Part shown: positions 29,500-39,492 of the stretch, one piece after another
Layout: each line of letters opens with the position of its first letter
Numbering within the stretch: the stretch's first letter is position 1
Source: Candidatus Latescibacterota bacterium
Lineage (GTDB): Bacteria > Latescibacterota > UBA2968 > GCA-2709665
Direction of reading: 5' to 3'
Length of the DNA: 64,000 bases
Assembly: GCA_965219455.1 (NCBI GenBank)
Contig: OZ244744.1
Span: 3,136,001 to 3,200,000 of the forward strand
Program-made: the position numbers and the translations under genes
The notes under the pieces: model-generated
Seen by the model: only the letters and a program-made list of their open reading frames with translations
Databases searched by the model: none
Told to the model about the DNA's origin: nothing

Positions 29500-30408
29500 A
29501 TGGAGACCATTTGTCTTGACCATTGTATGACGGACAAACAGCGGGAACACTTCGATCAGAAAGGCTTTCTGATCGTCGAAAATGCACTGGATTCGCGAAT
29601 GCTGGGCCGGCTGCTGGACGCCTGCGACCGCGTGGATGCGCGTGAACGCGAAAAACAGGGGCTCGGGCCCGGTCAATTGATGAACAAATTCCGGACCATT
29701 GTCGAAGACGACGCCTTTCTGGATCTGCTGGATCTGCCTCGGACATTCCCGCTCATCTGGGACATACTGGGCTGGAATGTCCAGCACTATATTTCGCACC
29801 TGGTATGTTACCCGCCGGAGCCGCGAGCCACAGCCGATCGGAAGACCGGCGGCTGGCATCAGGATGGCGGCCGTCCCGTACCGGAGATGGAGCGTCCACA
29901 CCCCCGGCTATCGCTGAAGGTCGCATTCTGGCTATCTGACACCCGCGCGCCCGAAAGGGGCGGGATTCGCATCGTTCCGGGCAGCCACAAACGCGACATC
30001 CCGCCGGATCGCTGGCCCGCCGGAAACGGATCATCCAGCGCGTCAGGCTTCGAAGACATGATGCAGGTCCGGGTAAAAGCAGGAACAGCGGTCCTCTTCG
30101 ACAGGCGTTTATGGCATGCGCGGGGGTTGAATACGTCCGATACCACGCGAAAAGTGTTATTCCTGGGATACAGCTATCGATGGCTCAGAGGATTGGACTA
30201 CAACCTGATTCCGGACGAAATTCTCGAAAAATGCGATCCGATCCGACGCCAACTCCTGGGAGACGGGGTGGATGTCAAAGGATGGTGGCAGCCGACGGAT
30301 GCCGACGTCCCGCTCAAGGGATGGCTTCTGAAGCACAAGGGCGAGTCCTACGTGGAAAGGATTGGACAGAAGCAATGGGAACGAAAAAAATGGGCGGAAC
30401 GTTCCTGA
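29500..30408 (+). CDS. Phytanoyl-CoA dioxygenase (PhyH) family 2OG-Fe(II) oxygenase
   Basis: WHQD (HxD), VPGSHK, distal WH. Confidence 0.9.
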   Translation: METICLDHCMTDKQREHFDQKGFLIVENALDSRMLGRLLDACDRVDAREREKQGLGPGQLMNKFRTIVEDDAFLDLLDLPRTFPLIWDILGWNVQHYISHLVCYPPEPRATADRKTGGWHQDGGRPVPEMERPHPRLSLKVAFWLSDTRAPERGGIRIVPGSHKRDIPPDRWPAGNGSSSASGFEDMMQVRVKAGTAVLFDRRLWHARGLNTSDTTRKVLFLGYSYRWLRGLDYNLIPDEILEKCDPIRRQLLGDGVDVKGWWQPTDADVPLKGWLLKHKGESYVERIGQKQWERKKWAERS

Positions 30409-30439
30409 TCAACAAACCCCATTTCAGGGAGAAAGAGCT

Positions 30440-32218
30440 ATGGACCGCGACTCTATGAGCAACGAAGAAAACTACTGCTTCGACATCGGCGGATACCTTA
30501 TTGTCAGAGGTGTACTGACAAGGGGAGAAATTGCCGGCCTGAATTCGGCGATCGATGCCGGCGGGACGTCGCAGGGCATGTTGGGGTGGCCTCACCCCCT
30601 GCGCAAACCGTTTCGCGACCTTCTGGTCCATCCCCAACTCGTCTGGTATCTCAATCAGATTGTCGGGCAGGGCTTCCGTCTTGAGACCGAACCGGAATTG
30701 CTCTGCGACGCCACGTGCGAACCGGATGCGCCTCTTGAGGGCGGCAACGAACCGCGCGACCCCACCCGGGCCTACTATTACCAGAACGGGCGCCGCTTCA
30801 GTGAAACGGTTCGCGCCGCGTGGGCCCTTGCGGATGCGGAGGCGGGCGCGGGCGGTTTCGTTATAGTACCATGTTCTCACAAATCCAACGTGGAGACCCC
30901 CGACGACGTGCTCACCGGTACGGACGACATGGGGCTCACGCTACAGCCCGCGCTCAAAGCGGGCGACCTTCTGCTGGTTGCAGGCGCCCTGCTGCACGGC
31001 ATGCGACCGTGGGCGGGGAGCGGTCCCCAGCGACTTCTCTCTTACGAGTTCGCGGGCCGGGGCGTCATCCGCTCCGCCGGAAGCGGCCCCAAAACCGGAG
31101 AAGACCCCACGCCCGAATGGATGTCCGCCATTACCGCCGAACAGAAGGCCTCCATCTGGCGACCCGGCTACGAAAGCACCACGCCGCCGCCCACCATCCT
31201 CACGGACGGAGAGTCGGTGCGCCTCGACGAATCCCGTGAGGTCTATCATCCGTCCATTTACGTCAGGAATCCGAAATCCGGGATCGACGAGAAAGAGTTC
31301 TACTTCTTGGATCTGTGCGGTCACCTCATCCTCCGCAACGTGATGGACGAAGCGTGGCTGGAACAGGCCAACGACGCCATCGACAGATACGAAGACCGGA
31401 TCGAAGTGGGCAGGGAACTCTCCAGAGGATCGAAAACTCTGGCTGGAACCGGCAGGCCGCTGCTGTCCAACCTTCTACAACTTCCGGAACCCTACTGCAA
31501 TCCCTTCCGGCGCATGGTCGCGCACCCCGTCGTGGAGCACCGCCTGAACTGGATGGGCGCCAGCGGCGGACGGTTGGGCGACGCCACGGCCTTCTGCTCC
31601 GTCAAGGGCGGTTCCGGACACTCCCTGCACGACGCCAACGAGCCGCTCAACCCGGGCCGGGGATATGTTTACCAGAACGGCCGGAGCTATTGCGAGGCCG
31701 TGACGGTCACCTGGCAGTTGCGAGACGTGCCCGCCGGCATGGGCGGATTCGCCTGCGTGCCCGGCAGCCATAAAGCCCAGTACCGCCTGCCGCCCGGCGT
31801 GCGATCCTGCGACGACGACATGGGCCTGGTCGTCCAGCCCGAAATGAAAGCCGGCGACGTGCTTTTCTTTATGGACGGGGGACAGACGCATGGCGCGTTG
31901 GCATGGAAAAACGAAAACGACCGCCGGGCGATCCTCATCAAGTATTCCTCCCGTAACTTCAACCGCAGCGGCGGCGAGATGGCCCACCCCGAGAACCGGT
32001 GGGGTGACCTCGTAGCCGACATGACTGACGTCCAGTTGGCCGTTATGCGCGGGCCGGACCGGGACGTCTTCAACCAGAACGTCCCCCGCCTGGAAGTCGA
32101 AAACGGGCAGGTTTCGGTTTCCTACGAGCGGGGCGGCGCCCTATACAGCAATGAAGCACCCGCCGGCCCTGTCGCCTCAAAGGGCCGTAGCGTATCCGCA
32201 AAGCGTGACGGGAAATAG
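30440..32218 (+). CDS. Tandem two-domain PhyH family protein
   Basis: Two PhyH-like halves (VPCSHKSN...LLHG; SLHDAN...VPGSHKA...QTHG). The first half appears to lack the first His. Confidence 0.85.
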   Translation: MDRDSMSNEENYCFDIGGYLIVRGVLTRGEIAGLNSAIDAGGTSQGMLGWPHPLRKPFRDLLVHPQLVWYLNQIVGQGFRLETEPELLCDATCEPDAPLEGGNEPRDPTRAYYYQNGRRFSETVRAAWALADAEAGAGGFVIVPCSHKSNVETPDDVLTGTDDMGLTLQPALKAGDLLLVAGALLHGMRPWAGSGPQRLLSYEFAGRGVIRSAGSGPKTGEDPTPEWMSAITAEQKASIWRPGYESTTPPPTILTDGESVRLDESREVYHPSIYVRNPKSGIDEKEFYFLDLCGHLILRNVMDEAWLEQANDAIDRYEDRIEVGRELSRGSKTLAGTGRPLLSNLLQLPEPYCNPFRRMVAHPVVEHRLNWMGASGGRLGDATAFCSVKGGSGHSLHDANEPLNPGRGYVYQNGRSYCEAVTVTWQLRDVPAGMGGFACVPGSHKAQYRLPPGVRSCDDDMGLVVQPEMKAGDVLFFMDGGQTHGALAWKNENDRRAILIKYSSRNFNRSGGEMAHPENRWGDLVADMTDVQLAVMRGPDRDVFNQNVPRLEVENGQVSVSYERGGALYSNEAPAGPVASKGRSVSAKRDGK

Positions 32219-32318
32219 CGCCCTGCCCTCACTCACAAGTCCCCGACGTGACCGGTTGTGTGCACGGAACGGACATCTGCGGTTGTAGAATTCCCGCTGC
32301 CGGGAAGGGTCTCCGTTT

Positions 32319-32996
32319 ATGTCGAACGGTATCACCACCATATTATTTGACGCTTACGAAACCCTCCTTGCGGGCGCCATGGAAAAACTCCATGCCCTGT
32401 GTGGCCGCATCGTCAGTGAACAGGACGTCGGCATGTCCGGACAGGACTTCTTTGAAACCTGGGACCGGTCGTTTTTCCCGCTCATTCAGGGCGATACATT
32501 TTACACCATGCGGCAGGCGCATCTCATCAGCCTTGGACAGACGTTCGAGAACCTCGGCAGACGAGTTTCCTTCGAACACTACACCGACGGCCTGTTCGCC
32601 GCATTTGCCAACGTGCCCATCTTCGAAGACGTCGAGCCCGCGCTGGCCGGACTCGGTTCGTTCAGAACGGGCGTGGTATCCAATGCGGATGACGACCATC
32701 TGAACCGTGCACTCAGGAGGAACAACCTGGCGTTTCCCGTGATCGTCAGTTCCGAGTCCGCCCGTTCCTACAAGCCGGCGCCGGAAATCTTTCACGAAGG
32801 CCTGCGCCTGATCGGCAGCCGCCCCGAGGAAACCCTCTACGTGGGCGATTCCCAGGACGACGACATTGTCGGCGCGCGGCGGGCGGGCATCAGGGTCGCC
32901 TGGCTGAACCGTAACGGTGAAGCACTCAAACCGCGCATTCCAGAGCCTCACTACGAAATATCCAGCCTGCAAGACATAAGCGGACTCGTCTCATAA
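32319..32996 (+). CDS. HAD-superfamily hydrolase
   Basis: FDAYETL motif I, SNAD, YKP, VGDSQDDD. Confidence 0.9.
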   Translation: MSNGITTILFDAYETLLAGAMEKLHALCGRIVSEQDVGMSGQDFFETWDRSFFPLIQGDTFYTMRQAHLISLGQTFENLGRRVSFEHYTDGLFAAFANVPIFEDVEPALAGLGSFRTGVVSNADDDHLNRALRRNNLAFPVIVSSESARSYKPAPEIFHEGLRLIGSRPEETLYVGDSQDDDIVGARRAGIRVAWLNRNGEALKPRIPEPHYEISSLQDISGLVS

Positions 32997-33182
32997 GTCC
33001 TGGCGACCCGGATGGATGTTCCGGCTTCCGGAGAAGCCCCTGGATTGGCGGCGTCCACAACCGGCTCGCCAAACGCGGCGCTCTTCGACAGCTGACCCGA
33101 AGATGCGCTGCACCCAACAAAAAAACAGCCTGCAACGCATCTCCTGATGAGGCGCATTGCAGGCTGACGGGTAAGATTCTGG

Positions 33183-33818
33183 CTATTTGTTCGGCTGCGG
33201 AGTGTACCTCAAATACGGCTTCACAGTCGTAAACCCCCTGGGGAATTTTTCGGTTGCCTCTTCGTCGGTCACCGCTGGAACGATGATACAATCCTCGCCG
33301 TCCTCCCAGTTGGCCGGTGTGGCCACCTGGTGATAGGCCGTGAGCTGCAGCGAATCGATTGCCCGCAGAATTTCGGCGAAATTTCGTCCGGTAGAAGCCG
33401 GATAGGTCAATGTGAGTTTGACCTTCTTGTCCGGCCCGATTACGAATACGGACCGTACCGTTGCCTTGTCGTCTTCGTTCGGATGAATCATATCGTACAT
33501 GCTGGCCACGGTCTTGTCCGGATCCGCAATGAGCGGGAAGTTCACGGTGGTATTCTGGGTCTCGTTGATGTCGCTGACCCAGCCGTTATGGGAATCCAGC
33601 GGGTCCACGCTCACCCCGATCACCTTTACGTTTCGCTTCGTAAACTCCGCCTTCAGCTTGGCCACAACGCCCAGTTCGGTGGTACAAACCGGCGTAAAAT
33701 CGGCCGGATGCGAGAACAGGATGCCCCAGCCGTCTCCCAGCCATTCGTGAAAGCGGACCGTACCTTCTGTCGTCTGCGCGGTAAAATCGGGCGCGTTGTC
33801 CCCCAATCGCAATGGCAT
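33183..33818 (-). CDS. 1-Cys peroxiredoxin (Prx6 type)
   Basis: FSHPADFTPVCTTE, YPASTGRNF, ATPANW. Confidence 0.95.
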   Translation of the reverse strand: MPLRLGDNAPDFTAQTTEGTVRFHEWLGDGWGILFSHPADFTPVCTTELGVVAKLKAEFTKRNVKVIGVSVDPLDSHNGWVSDINETQNTTVNFPLIADPDKTVASMYDMIHPNEDDKATVRSVFVIGPDKKVKLTLTYPASTGRNFAEILRAIDSLQLTAYHQVATPANWEDGEDCIIVPAVTDEEATEKFPRGFTTVKPYLRYTPQPNK

Positions 33819-34048
33819 GGCAAACCTCCTTATTCTTGTGATTCGTTGAGATGCTCCGGCGCACCGGAAAATTCCGGTAACCGAAACCCTTCCAACGCGT
33901 TTTAGGGTACAGCAACCAGGTATCGAAGCAGGATTATAAAGAAAGTAACTGTTATATCAATGTCAAGCGATTTATTCGAATCCGGGCGCATCTCAGTCGC
34001 CCTGGTGCGCGGGCGATTCCGTTGCCCGGCATAACCGGAGAGGCCACC

Positions 34049-36493
34049 ATGCAATCCCACGCGCGCCTGGTTGTCATCGGCGCCGGCATCGTCGGTTGCA
34101 GCATCGTGTACCATCTCACCCGGCTGGGCTGGAAGGACATTGTGGTTCTGGACCAGGGGCCGCTGTTCGATACCGGCGGGTCGACTTCCCATGCTCCCGG
34201 ACTGGTTTTCCAGACCAACTTCTCGAAAACGATGACCGATCTGTCGAGGGACACGGTTGCGCTCTACAACGCGCTGAACCTGGACGGCCAGCCATGCTTC
34301 TATCCTGTCGGCAGCTTCGAAGTCGCGTACACGGGCGAACGGCTGGAAGACCTGAAGCGCAAGCTGGGCGCCGCCAAAGCCTGGGACCTGGAAGCCCATC
34401 TCATTTCGCCGGAAGAGGCCAGAGCCAGACTCCCCCTCCTGGATGCGGATCGAATCCATGGCGCGTACTATGTGCCGTCCGATGGCATTGCCAAAGCCGT
34501 ACGCGCCTGCGAAGCCATGGCCCGCGCCTCGGAACCCGGCGCGACGTTTCGCGGCAGTACCACGGTCACGGGCATCGAGGTCGCCAACGGCCGGATCAGG
34601 GGGGTTGACACCGACCGGGGTCGGGTCGCCGCGGATCAGGTATTGATCTGCGCGGGAATCTGGGGGCCGCGCCTCGGGCGAATGGCGGGGATTTCCATTC
34701 CGCTCGTCCCCGTACAACACCTATATGCGCTCACCGCGCCGCTTCCGGGCCTGGCGGGAGAAACCCGGGAGGTCGTCCATCCCATCCTGCGCCACCAGGA
34801 CTACGCCATGTATTTCCGGCAGCAGGCCGACCGGTATGGCATCGGTTCCTACAAACACGAACCGCTACTGGTGAGTCCGGACGACCTGGTCAGCCCGGAT
34901 GAAGCAAGGGTCTCACCCTCCATAATGGATTTTACGCCTGGACACTTCAGGGTGGCGAGAGAGGCGGCGGACGAGCTTCTGCCCGCCTTGAAACACGCGG
35001 GTCTCGACTACAGGATCAACGGCCTCTTCTCCTTCACGCCGGATGGGTTGCCCCTTCTCGGGGAGTCCGTCGACGTCCGCGGGCTCTGGGTTGCCGAAGC
35101 GGTGTGGATCACGCACGGCGGCGGCGTCGGGCAGGCCGTGGCAGAATGGATGGAAACCGGCGCGCCCGAAATCGATCTCCGGGATGCCGATGTCAACCGC
35201 TTCGGACCGCACGTCCATACCAGGGAATATGTCGAAGCCCGGGGCGCCCGGCAGTACCGCGAAGTCTACGATATCATCCATCCGCTGGAACAGATGGATT
35301 ATCCGCGCGACCTGCGCGTCAGCCCTTTTCATCAGCGCCTGAAAGAACTGGATGCCGTGTTCTTCGAAGGCGCGGGCTGGGAACGCCCGCAGTGGTTTGA
35401 AGCCAACGGACGCCTGTTGGAAGACGGCGATCTCCCATCGCGGACCGGCTGGGAGGCGCGGTACTGGTCTCCCATTCAGGGCGTCGAACACCGGGCCACC
35501 CGGAGCCGCGCGGTGCTGTGCGACCTCACGTGCTTCACGAAAATCGAAATTGCCGGTGAGGACGCACTGGATTTTCTGCAGCGTATCGCCGCCAACCGGA
35601 TCGGCCGCCCGGTCGGCACGGTCATCTATACGGCCCTGCTCAATTCCAGCGGAGGCATCGCCTGCGACCTGACCGTCACACGGCTGGCCGAGGACCGTTT
35701 TCTGGTCCTCACGGGCGCGGCAGGAGCCCGGGACCTGGCCTGGATTTCCCTCCAGGCCCGGGAAGAACGCGCCGTTCACATTGCCGACGTGACCTCCTCC
35801 TATTGCTGCGTGGGCCTGTGGGGGCCCAAAGCCCGCAGGATCCTTCAAAGGGTCTGTAACGACGATCTGACCAACCGGGCATTCCCGTATTTTTCCGCAC
35901 GGCAGATCCGGATCGGTCCCGTTCCCGCGCTTGCGCTGCGCGTATCCTACGTAGGAGAACTGGGATGGGAAATCTACGCGCCCTCCGAATTCGGGCTTCG
36001 CCTGTGGGACACGCTCTGGGAGGCCGGTCGCGCCCACGGCCTTGTCGCGCTGGGCGGCGGCGCGTTCGACTCGCTCCGTCTTGAAAAGGGATACCGCCTT
36101 TGGGGCGCGGATATCCACACGGAGTACAACCCCTACGAGGCCGGCATCGGCTGGGCCGTCAGACTCGACAAGGGCGACTTCGTGGGGCGGGACGCCCTGA
36201 TCAAAATCCGGAACCGGGGGATCACACGGAAACTCTGCTGCCTCACCCTGGACGATCCATACGCCGTTGTGATGGGGAAAGAACCCATACTGGACGGCAG
36301 CCGCGTAATCGGGTACGTCACCAGCGCCAACCACGGGTACACCGTTGGCGGATTCATCGCCTATGGCTACGTGCCGCTGGAGCACGCGAAGCCGGGAACC
36401 TCCGTCGAAATCGAATATTTCGGCAGATGCCATCGCGCCACGGTTTCGCGCGAACCCCTCTACGACCCCCGCGGCGAGAAACTGAAATCCTGA
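34049..36493 (+). CDS. Dimethylglycine oxidase/dehydrogenase-like FAD oxidoreductase with GcvT domain
   Basis: IGAGIVG, GGSTSHAPG, FSFTPDG, GWERP, SYVGELGWE, SLRLEKGYR. Confidence 0.92.
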   Translation: MQSHARLVVIGAGIVGCSIVYHLTRLGWKDIVVLDQGPLFDTGGSTSHAPGLVFQTNFSKTMTDLSRDTVALYNALNLDGQPCFYPVGSFEVAYTGERLEDLKRKLGAAKAWDLEAHLISPEEARARLPLLDADRIHGAYYVPSDGIAKAVRACEAMARASEPGATFRGSTTVTGIEVANGRIRGVDTDRGRVAADQVLICAGIWGPRLGRMAGISIPLVPVQHLYALTAPLPGLAGETREVVHPILRHQDYAMYFRQQADRYGIGSYKHEPLLVSPDDLVSPDEARVSPSIMDFTPGHFRVAREAADELLPALKHAGLDYRINGLFSFTPDGLPLLGESVDVRGLWVAEAVWITHGGGVGQAVAEWMETGAPEIDLRDADVNRFGPHVHTREYVEARGARQYREVYDIIHPLEQMDYPRDLRVSPFHQRLKELDAVFFEGAGWERPQWFEANGRLLEDGDLPSRTGWEARYWSPIQGVEHRATRSRAVLCDLTCFTKIEIAGEDALDFLQRIAANRIGRPVGTVIYTALLNSSGGIACDLTVTRLAEDRFLVLTGAAGARDLAWISLQAREERAVHIADVTSSYCCVGLWGPKARRILQRVCNDDLTNRAFPYFSARQIRIGPVPALALRVSYVGELGWEIYAPSEFGLRLWDTLWEAGRAHGLVALGGGAFDSLRLEKGYRLWGADIHTEYNPYEAGIGWAVRLDKGDFVGRDALIKIRNRGITRKLCCLTLDDPYAVVMGKEPILDGSRVIGYVTSANHGYTVGGFIAYGYVPLEHAKPGTSVEIEYFGRCHRATVSREPLYDPRGEKLKS

Positions 36494-36521
36494 CGGGCTA
36501 AACCAGGCGTCACGGGAATCA

Positions 36522-36682
36522 GTGCAACCACAAGGGTTGCCCCTGCGGTGTTCGCGGTCTGGCGCGGGGAAGTGTTGGGGCGGATTTGGAAGGAATACCC
36601 AACCGTTGTTATTTTCATAGGTGATGCCATGCCACGTCGGTGAAGACATTATAATTGTATGGGCGCCCCTTTGTGGGCGCCC
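36522..36682 (+). repeat. RAYT-derived unit 1: REP-B (rc) + degenerate RAYT segment + REP-A
   Basis: REP-B 36522-36546; 36561-36656 reads RGEVLGRIWKE..PNR...AMP...III versus RAYT AGEMVQRIWMEMPNR...AMP...III; REP-A 36657-36682. Confidence 0.75.
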
Positions 36683-36708
36683 GATCTGTTTTTTCCTCGC
36701 ATGATGGC

Positions 36709-36737
36709 TTGACACTGTTCCCAAAAGTAATTACTAT
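36709..36737 (+). promoter_or_regulatory. TA promoter with overlapping palindromic operator
   Basis: TTGACA, 17 bp, TACTAT; palindrome AGTAATTACT at 36726-36735. Confidence 0.65.
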
Positions 36738-36785
36738 AATTGCATAACTACCTTCACGATTTTCATCCAATCAGAGGTCAGCAAT

Positions 36786-37028
36786 ATGGCAATCAGGGAT
36801 GTCAAACTTATCGCGATAGGCAACTCCAGGGGTATTCGACTACCGAAAGCGCTGCTGCAAAAATATGGATGGGGGGACTCGCTCGTAATGGAAGAGACTG
36901 AACGAGGGGTTCTGCTGTATGGGAAAGATCGGAATAAGCTGACCTGGAAGGAAACATACCGCGAGATGGCCGCTGAGAATGAAGATTGGAGCGACCTCGA
37001 CGCAACGGTCGCTGATGGCCTGGACTGA
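36786..37028 (+). CDS. mazE: AbrB/MazE-family antitoxin
   Basis: KLIAIGNSRGIRLPK motif; TGATG overlap with the toxin. Confidence 0.9.
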   Translation: MAIRDVKLIAIGNSRGIRLPKALLQKYGWGDSLVMEETERGVLLYGKDRNKLTWKETYREMAAENEDWSDLDATVADGLD

Positions 37029-37360
37029 TGTCCGCATATCCCCGCCGATATACGATATATTTGGCCGACCTCAATCCCGCCGTAGGTGGAGAGATTCAAA
37101 AGGTTCGCCCGGTTGTAGTGGTCAGTCTGGATGTGATGAATCAGTTTCTGGATACGGTTGTCGTGTGTCCGCTTACCACATCTCTGCATCCTCATTGGCG
37201 GGGTAGAATGCAGATCCAATGCGCGGGCAAAGAGGCTGAAATTGCTGCGGACCAGATTCGCACCATTAGCAAACAGCGACTAAAGCGCCGAATTGACAAC
37301 CTGTTCGGCGACGACGCGGCGCAGCTCCGCCGCCTTATCACCGAGATGTATGGGGAATAG
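37028..37360 (+). CDS. mazF: PemK/MazF-family endoribonuclease toxin
   Basis: ADLNPAVGGEIQKVRPVVVVS, CPLTT, DQIRTISKQRL. Confidence 0.92.
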   Translation: MSAYPRRYTIYLADLNPAVGGEIQKVRPVVVVSLDVMNQFLDTVVVCPLTTSLHPHWRGRMQIQCAGKEAEIAADQIRTISKQRLKRRIDNLFGDDAAQLRRLITEMYGE

Positions 37361-37564
37361 CGAAAAACATGGTAAGATGTAGATTCAGCTGGTGCAGTAA
37401 GTGCGGTTGCCCGGACTGAGACATGGGTTCTCCTGAGTAAAAAGGCCTGTGTATTCCGCAACATATCTCGTAAGTATATTGGCTTGGACGATTCTTCGAC
37501 TGGATTGGCCGGTCCTCATTGATCGAGGATCGGCTGTTTCTGTAAATTGCCAGCGTAAGTTCCC

Positions 37565-37602
37565 TTGATTTCAATGAGAATATAGACTATATTGGACTAT
37601 AT
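37565..37602 (+). promoter_or_regulatory. Promoter/operator of the phd-vapC module
   Basis: TTGATT, 17 bp, TATATT; palindrome ATATAG-A-CTATAT and a repeated GACTATAT. Confidence 0.55.
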
Positions 37603-37620
37603 CTGTTGAGAGGAGGACAG

Positions 37621-37905
37621 ATGATCACGCAATATCCCAAACCACGCCGCGTCTGGACGGTCGCAGAGGCCAAGGCACGGTTATCTGAAATCCTTCGTCT
37701 TGCCGAAGCGGAAGGCCCGCAGCGCATTGGGGCGCGGAAGGCTTTCGTTGTGGTGCCCGAGCGGGTGTGGGAGGCTCAGTCTTCACCCCGCAAACCGCTT
37801 GGCCAGTGGTTGATCGACAACATGCCGCGCGGCGTGAATCTCAAAATCCCTGGCGATAGAACGTCCCGGCGGGAGATTCCGTTCGACGACGGAGGAACGG
37901 GGTGA
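37621..37905 (+). CDS. Phd/YefM-family antitoxin
   Basis: WTVAEAKARLSEILRLAEAEGPQRI; AGGAGG RBS; GTGA overlap with the PIN gene. Confidence 0.88.
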   Translation: MITQYPKPRRVWTVAEAKARLSEILRLAEAEGPQRIGARKAFVVVPERVWEAQSSPRKPLGQWLIDNMPRGVNLKIPGDRTSRREIPFDDGGTG

Positions 37906-38321
37906 GCGGTTTTCTCCTCGACACCAACGTGGTCTCCGAACTGACCAGGAGCGTGCCGGACTCGCAGGTTATGGCATTCCTGGCTGAGCAGGACGACTTA
38001 TGGCTGTCGGCGATGGTAGTGCATGAGTTGGAATTTGGTTTGCAACTATTGCCTCACGGGCAACGTCGCGACGTATTGCACTCGGTGCTGTCAGGGTTCG
38101 TCACGGATTACCAGGACCGCATCCTGCCTGTGGACAGAATGGGAGCAAAGTGGGCGGCCTACTTTCGTGCACAGGCGCGTCGATCCGGACGGGTGCTGGA
38201 CCTGGGGGATGCGCTCGTTGCCGGAACTGCCCGGGCTCATGATCTGTCGGTTGCAACCTGGAATGTTGCGGATTTCAATGGCCTGGACGTCAACGTCACC
38301 AATCCCTGGGAACCGCGGTGA
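37902..38321 (+). CDS. vapC: VapC PIN-domain toxin
   Basis: LLDTNVVSE, DALVAGTA, NPW end. Confidence 0.92.
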   Translation: MSGFLLDTNVVSELTRSVPDSQVMAFLAEQDDLWLSAMVVHELEFGLQLLPHGQRRDVLHSVLSGFVTDYQDRILPVDRMGAKWAAYFRAQARRSGRVLDLGDALVAGTARAHDLSVATWNVADFNGLDVNVTNPWEPR

Positions 38322-38355
38322 CCGGGAAAGTGAGGGCAGCCGCAACGGAAAACCA

Positions 38356-38536
38356 GGGCAACCACAAGGGTTGCCCCTACGACGCCATGTTTGGGCGCGG
38401 GTGAATGTGTTGTACTGGCGGACTTGGGCGTTACGCCGAACTGCCTGCCTGCATTGACATAGAGGCATTTTTCGCAATGCCTGACCGAAATTGTGCGTGA
38501 TTTTTCGATTTGTAGGGGCGCCCCTTGTGGGCGCCC
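38356..38536 (+). repeat. RAYT-derived unit 2: REP-B (rc) + degenerate RAYT segment + REP-A
   Basis: REP-B 38356-38380; the segment reads AGE...RTW..TPN...DIEAFFAMPD; REP-A 38512-38536. Confidence 0.75.
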
Positions 38537-38627
38537 TGCCTTTTTTGTCCCACCAAAGGCTTGACATCATCCGATAAAGTAACTATATGACTTCTGTAAC
38601 AGACGGAATCCAAGAAAGGTCGACTGA

Positions 38628-38870
38628 ATGGCAACGTGGGATGTCAAACTGATCGCTATCGGCAACGCCAGAGGAATTCGTCTTCCCGAAGCGCTACTAA
38701 AGAAATACGGCTGGGGCGACTCGCTGGTCCTGGAAGAGACTGAACATGGCATGGTGCTACGCGGCAAAGAACGAAATAAGCTATCCTGGAAGGAAACCTA
38801 CCGAGCCATCGCTGCCGATAATGAGGACTGGAAGGATCTCAACGCGACGGTCGCCGATGGCCTGGATTGA
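38628..38870 (+). CDS. mazE: Second AbrB/MazE-family antitoxin (orphan)
   Basis: 63/80 aa identical to 36786-37028 by hand count; TTGACA at 38561. Confidence 0.9.
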   Translation: MATWDVKLIAIGNARGIRLPEALLKKYGWGDSLVLEETEHGMVLRGKERNKLSWKETYRAIAADNEDWKDLNATVADGLD

Positions 38871-38931
38871 TGTCCGGATTTCCCGGGCGAAATGCCATCT
38901 GCTCCACCGAGTGACGGAGATGTACCGGGAA
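38870..38931 (+). pseudogene. Internally deleted mazF remnant
   Basis: MSGFPGRNAI (cf. MSAYPRRYTI) joined out of frame to LHRVTEMYRE (cf. LRRLITEMYGE); same TGATG overlap as the intact pair. Confidence 0.8.
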
Positions 38932-38942
38932 AGCGGTTCCGG

Positions 38943-39082
38943 TCGCGAACTGTGGAAGACAGAACGATGTCTTGACGGCCACTTGTGTCACACAACGTCA
39001 GTTGTAGGCCAATATCGACGAAAAATGGCCGACAAAATACGTTGATGGCAATGACTGACCGTCAACCGTCGATTCTGCCGGG
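38943..39082. repeat. Six-box symmetric element, copy 1
   Basis: 10-bp boxes (~TTGWYGGYCA) in alternating orientation at 38972, 38986, 39002, 39026, 39042, 39056. Confidence 0.75.
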
Positions 39083-39253
39083 TGCTCTGACGACGGCTAT
39101 AGAATCGAACCTGAAACGACCCCGGTTTGGAGGCGGAATATCTCGTACGGCGGCGGAGAGAAGATCAGGCACTGTGCGTCGAAGTGGCACAACTGCGCCG
39201 TGTCTTCTCTGAAATTTGCGGCAAATGGCGATTACTAAGGCGACGGCTGCGGT

Positions 39254-39464
39254 CTCAACCGATTCCCATCTATCTCTTTGGATACATTTTTCGCCTTTCT
39301 CCACCACATTCGCAGGTTCATTTTCCGTGTAGGGGCGCCTCTTGTGGGCGCCCGGCCTTCCAGCGACACGGTGCGCGCCTGAATATAAACCAGGGCAACC
39401 ACAAGGGTTGCCTGTCTGCCGCCTGCCTCGTCTGCTTCAGCAGGCAGGACAGGCAGGCCCCTGC
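39254..39464 (+). repeat. RAYT-derived unit 3: degenerate RAYT segment + REP-A + 39 bp + interrupted REP-B
   Basis: 39254-39328 matches RAYT 52012-52086 ungapped at 50/75 nt; REP-A 39329-39353; REP-B 39393-39464 with nested insertions. Confidence 0.85.
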
Positions 39465-39492
39465 GGGGGATGGGTGGACTCGATTTTGGGAT

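Noticed and set aside
39100-39250. A REP-B closing unit 2
   Set aside because: Expected from the array pattern, but I could not find a convincing match, so none is claimed.
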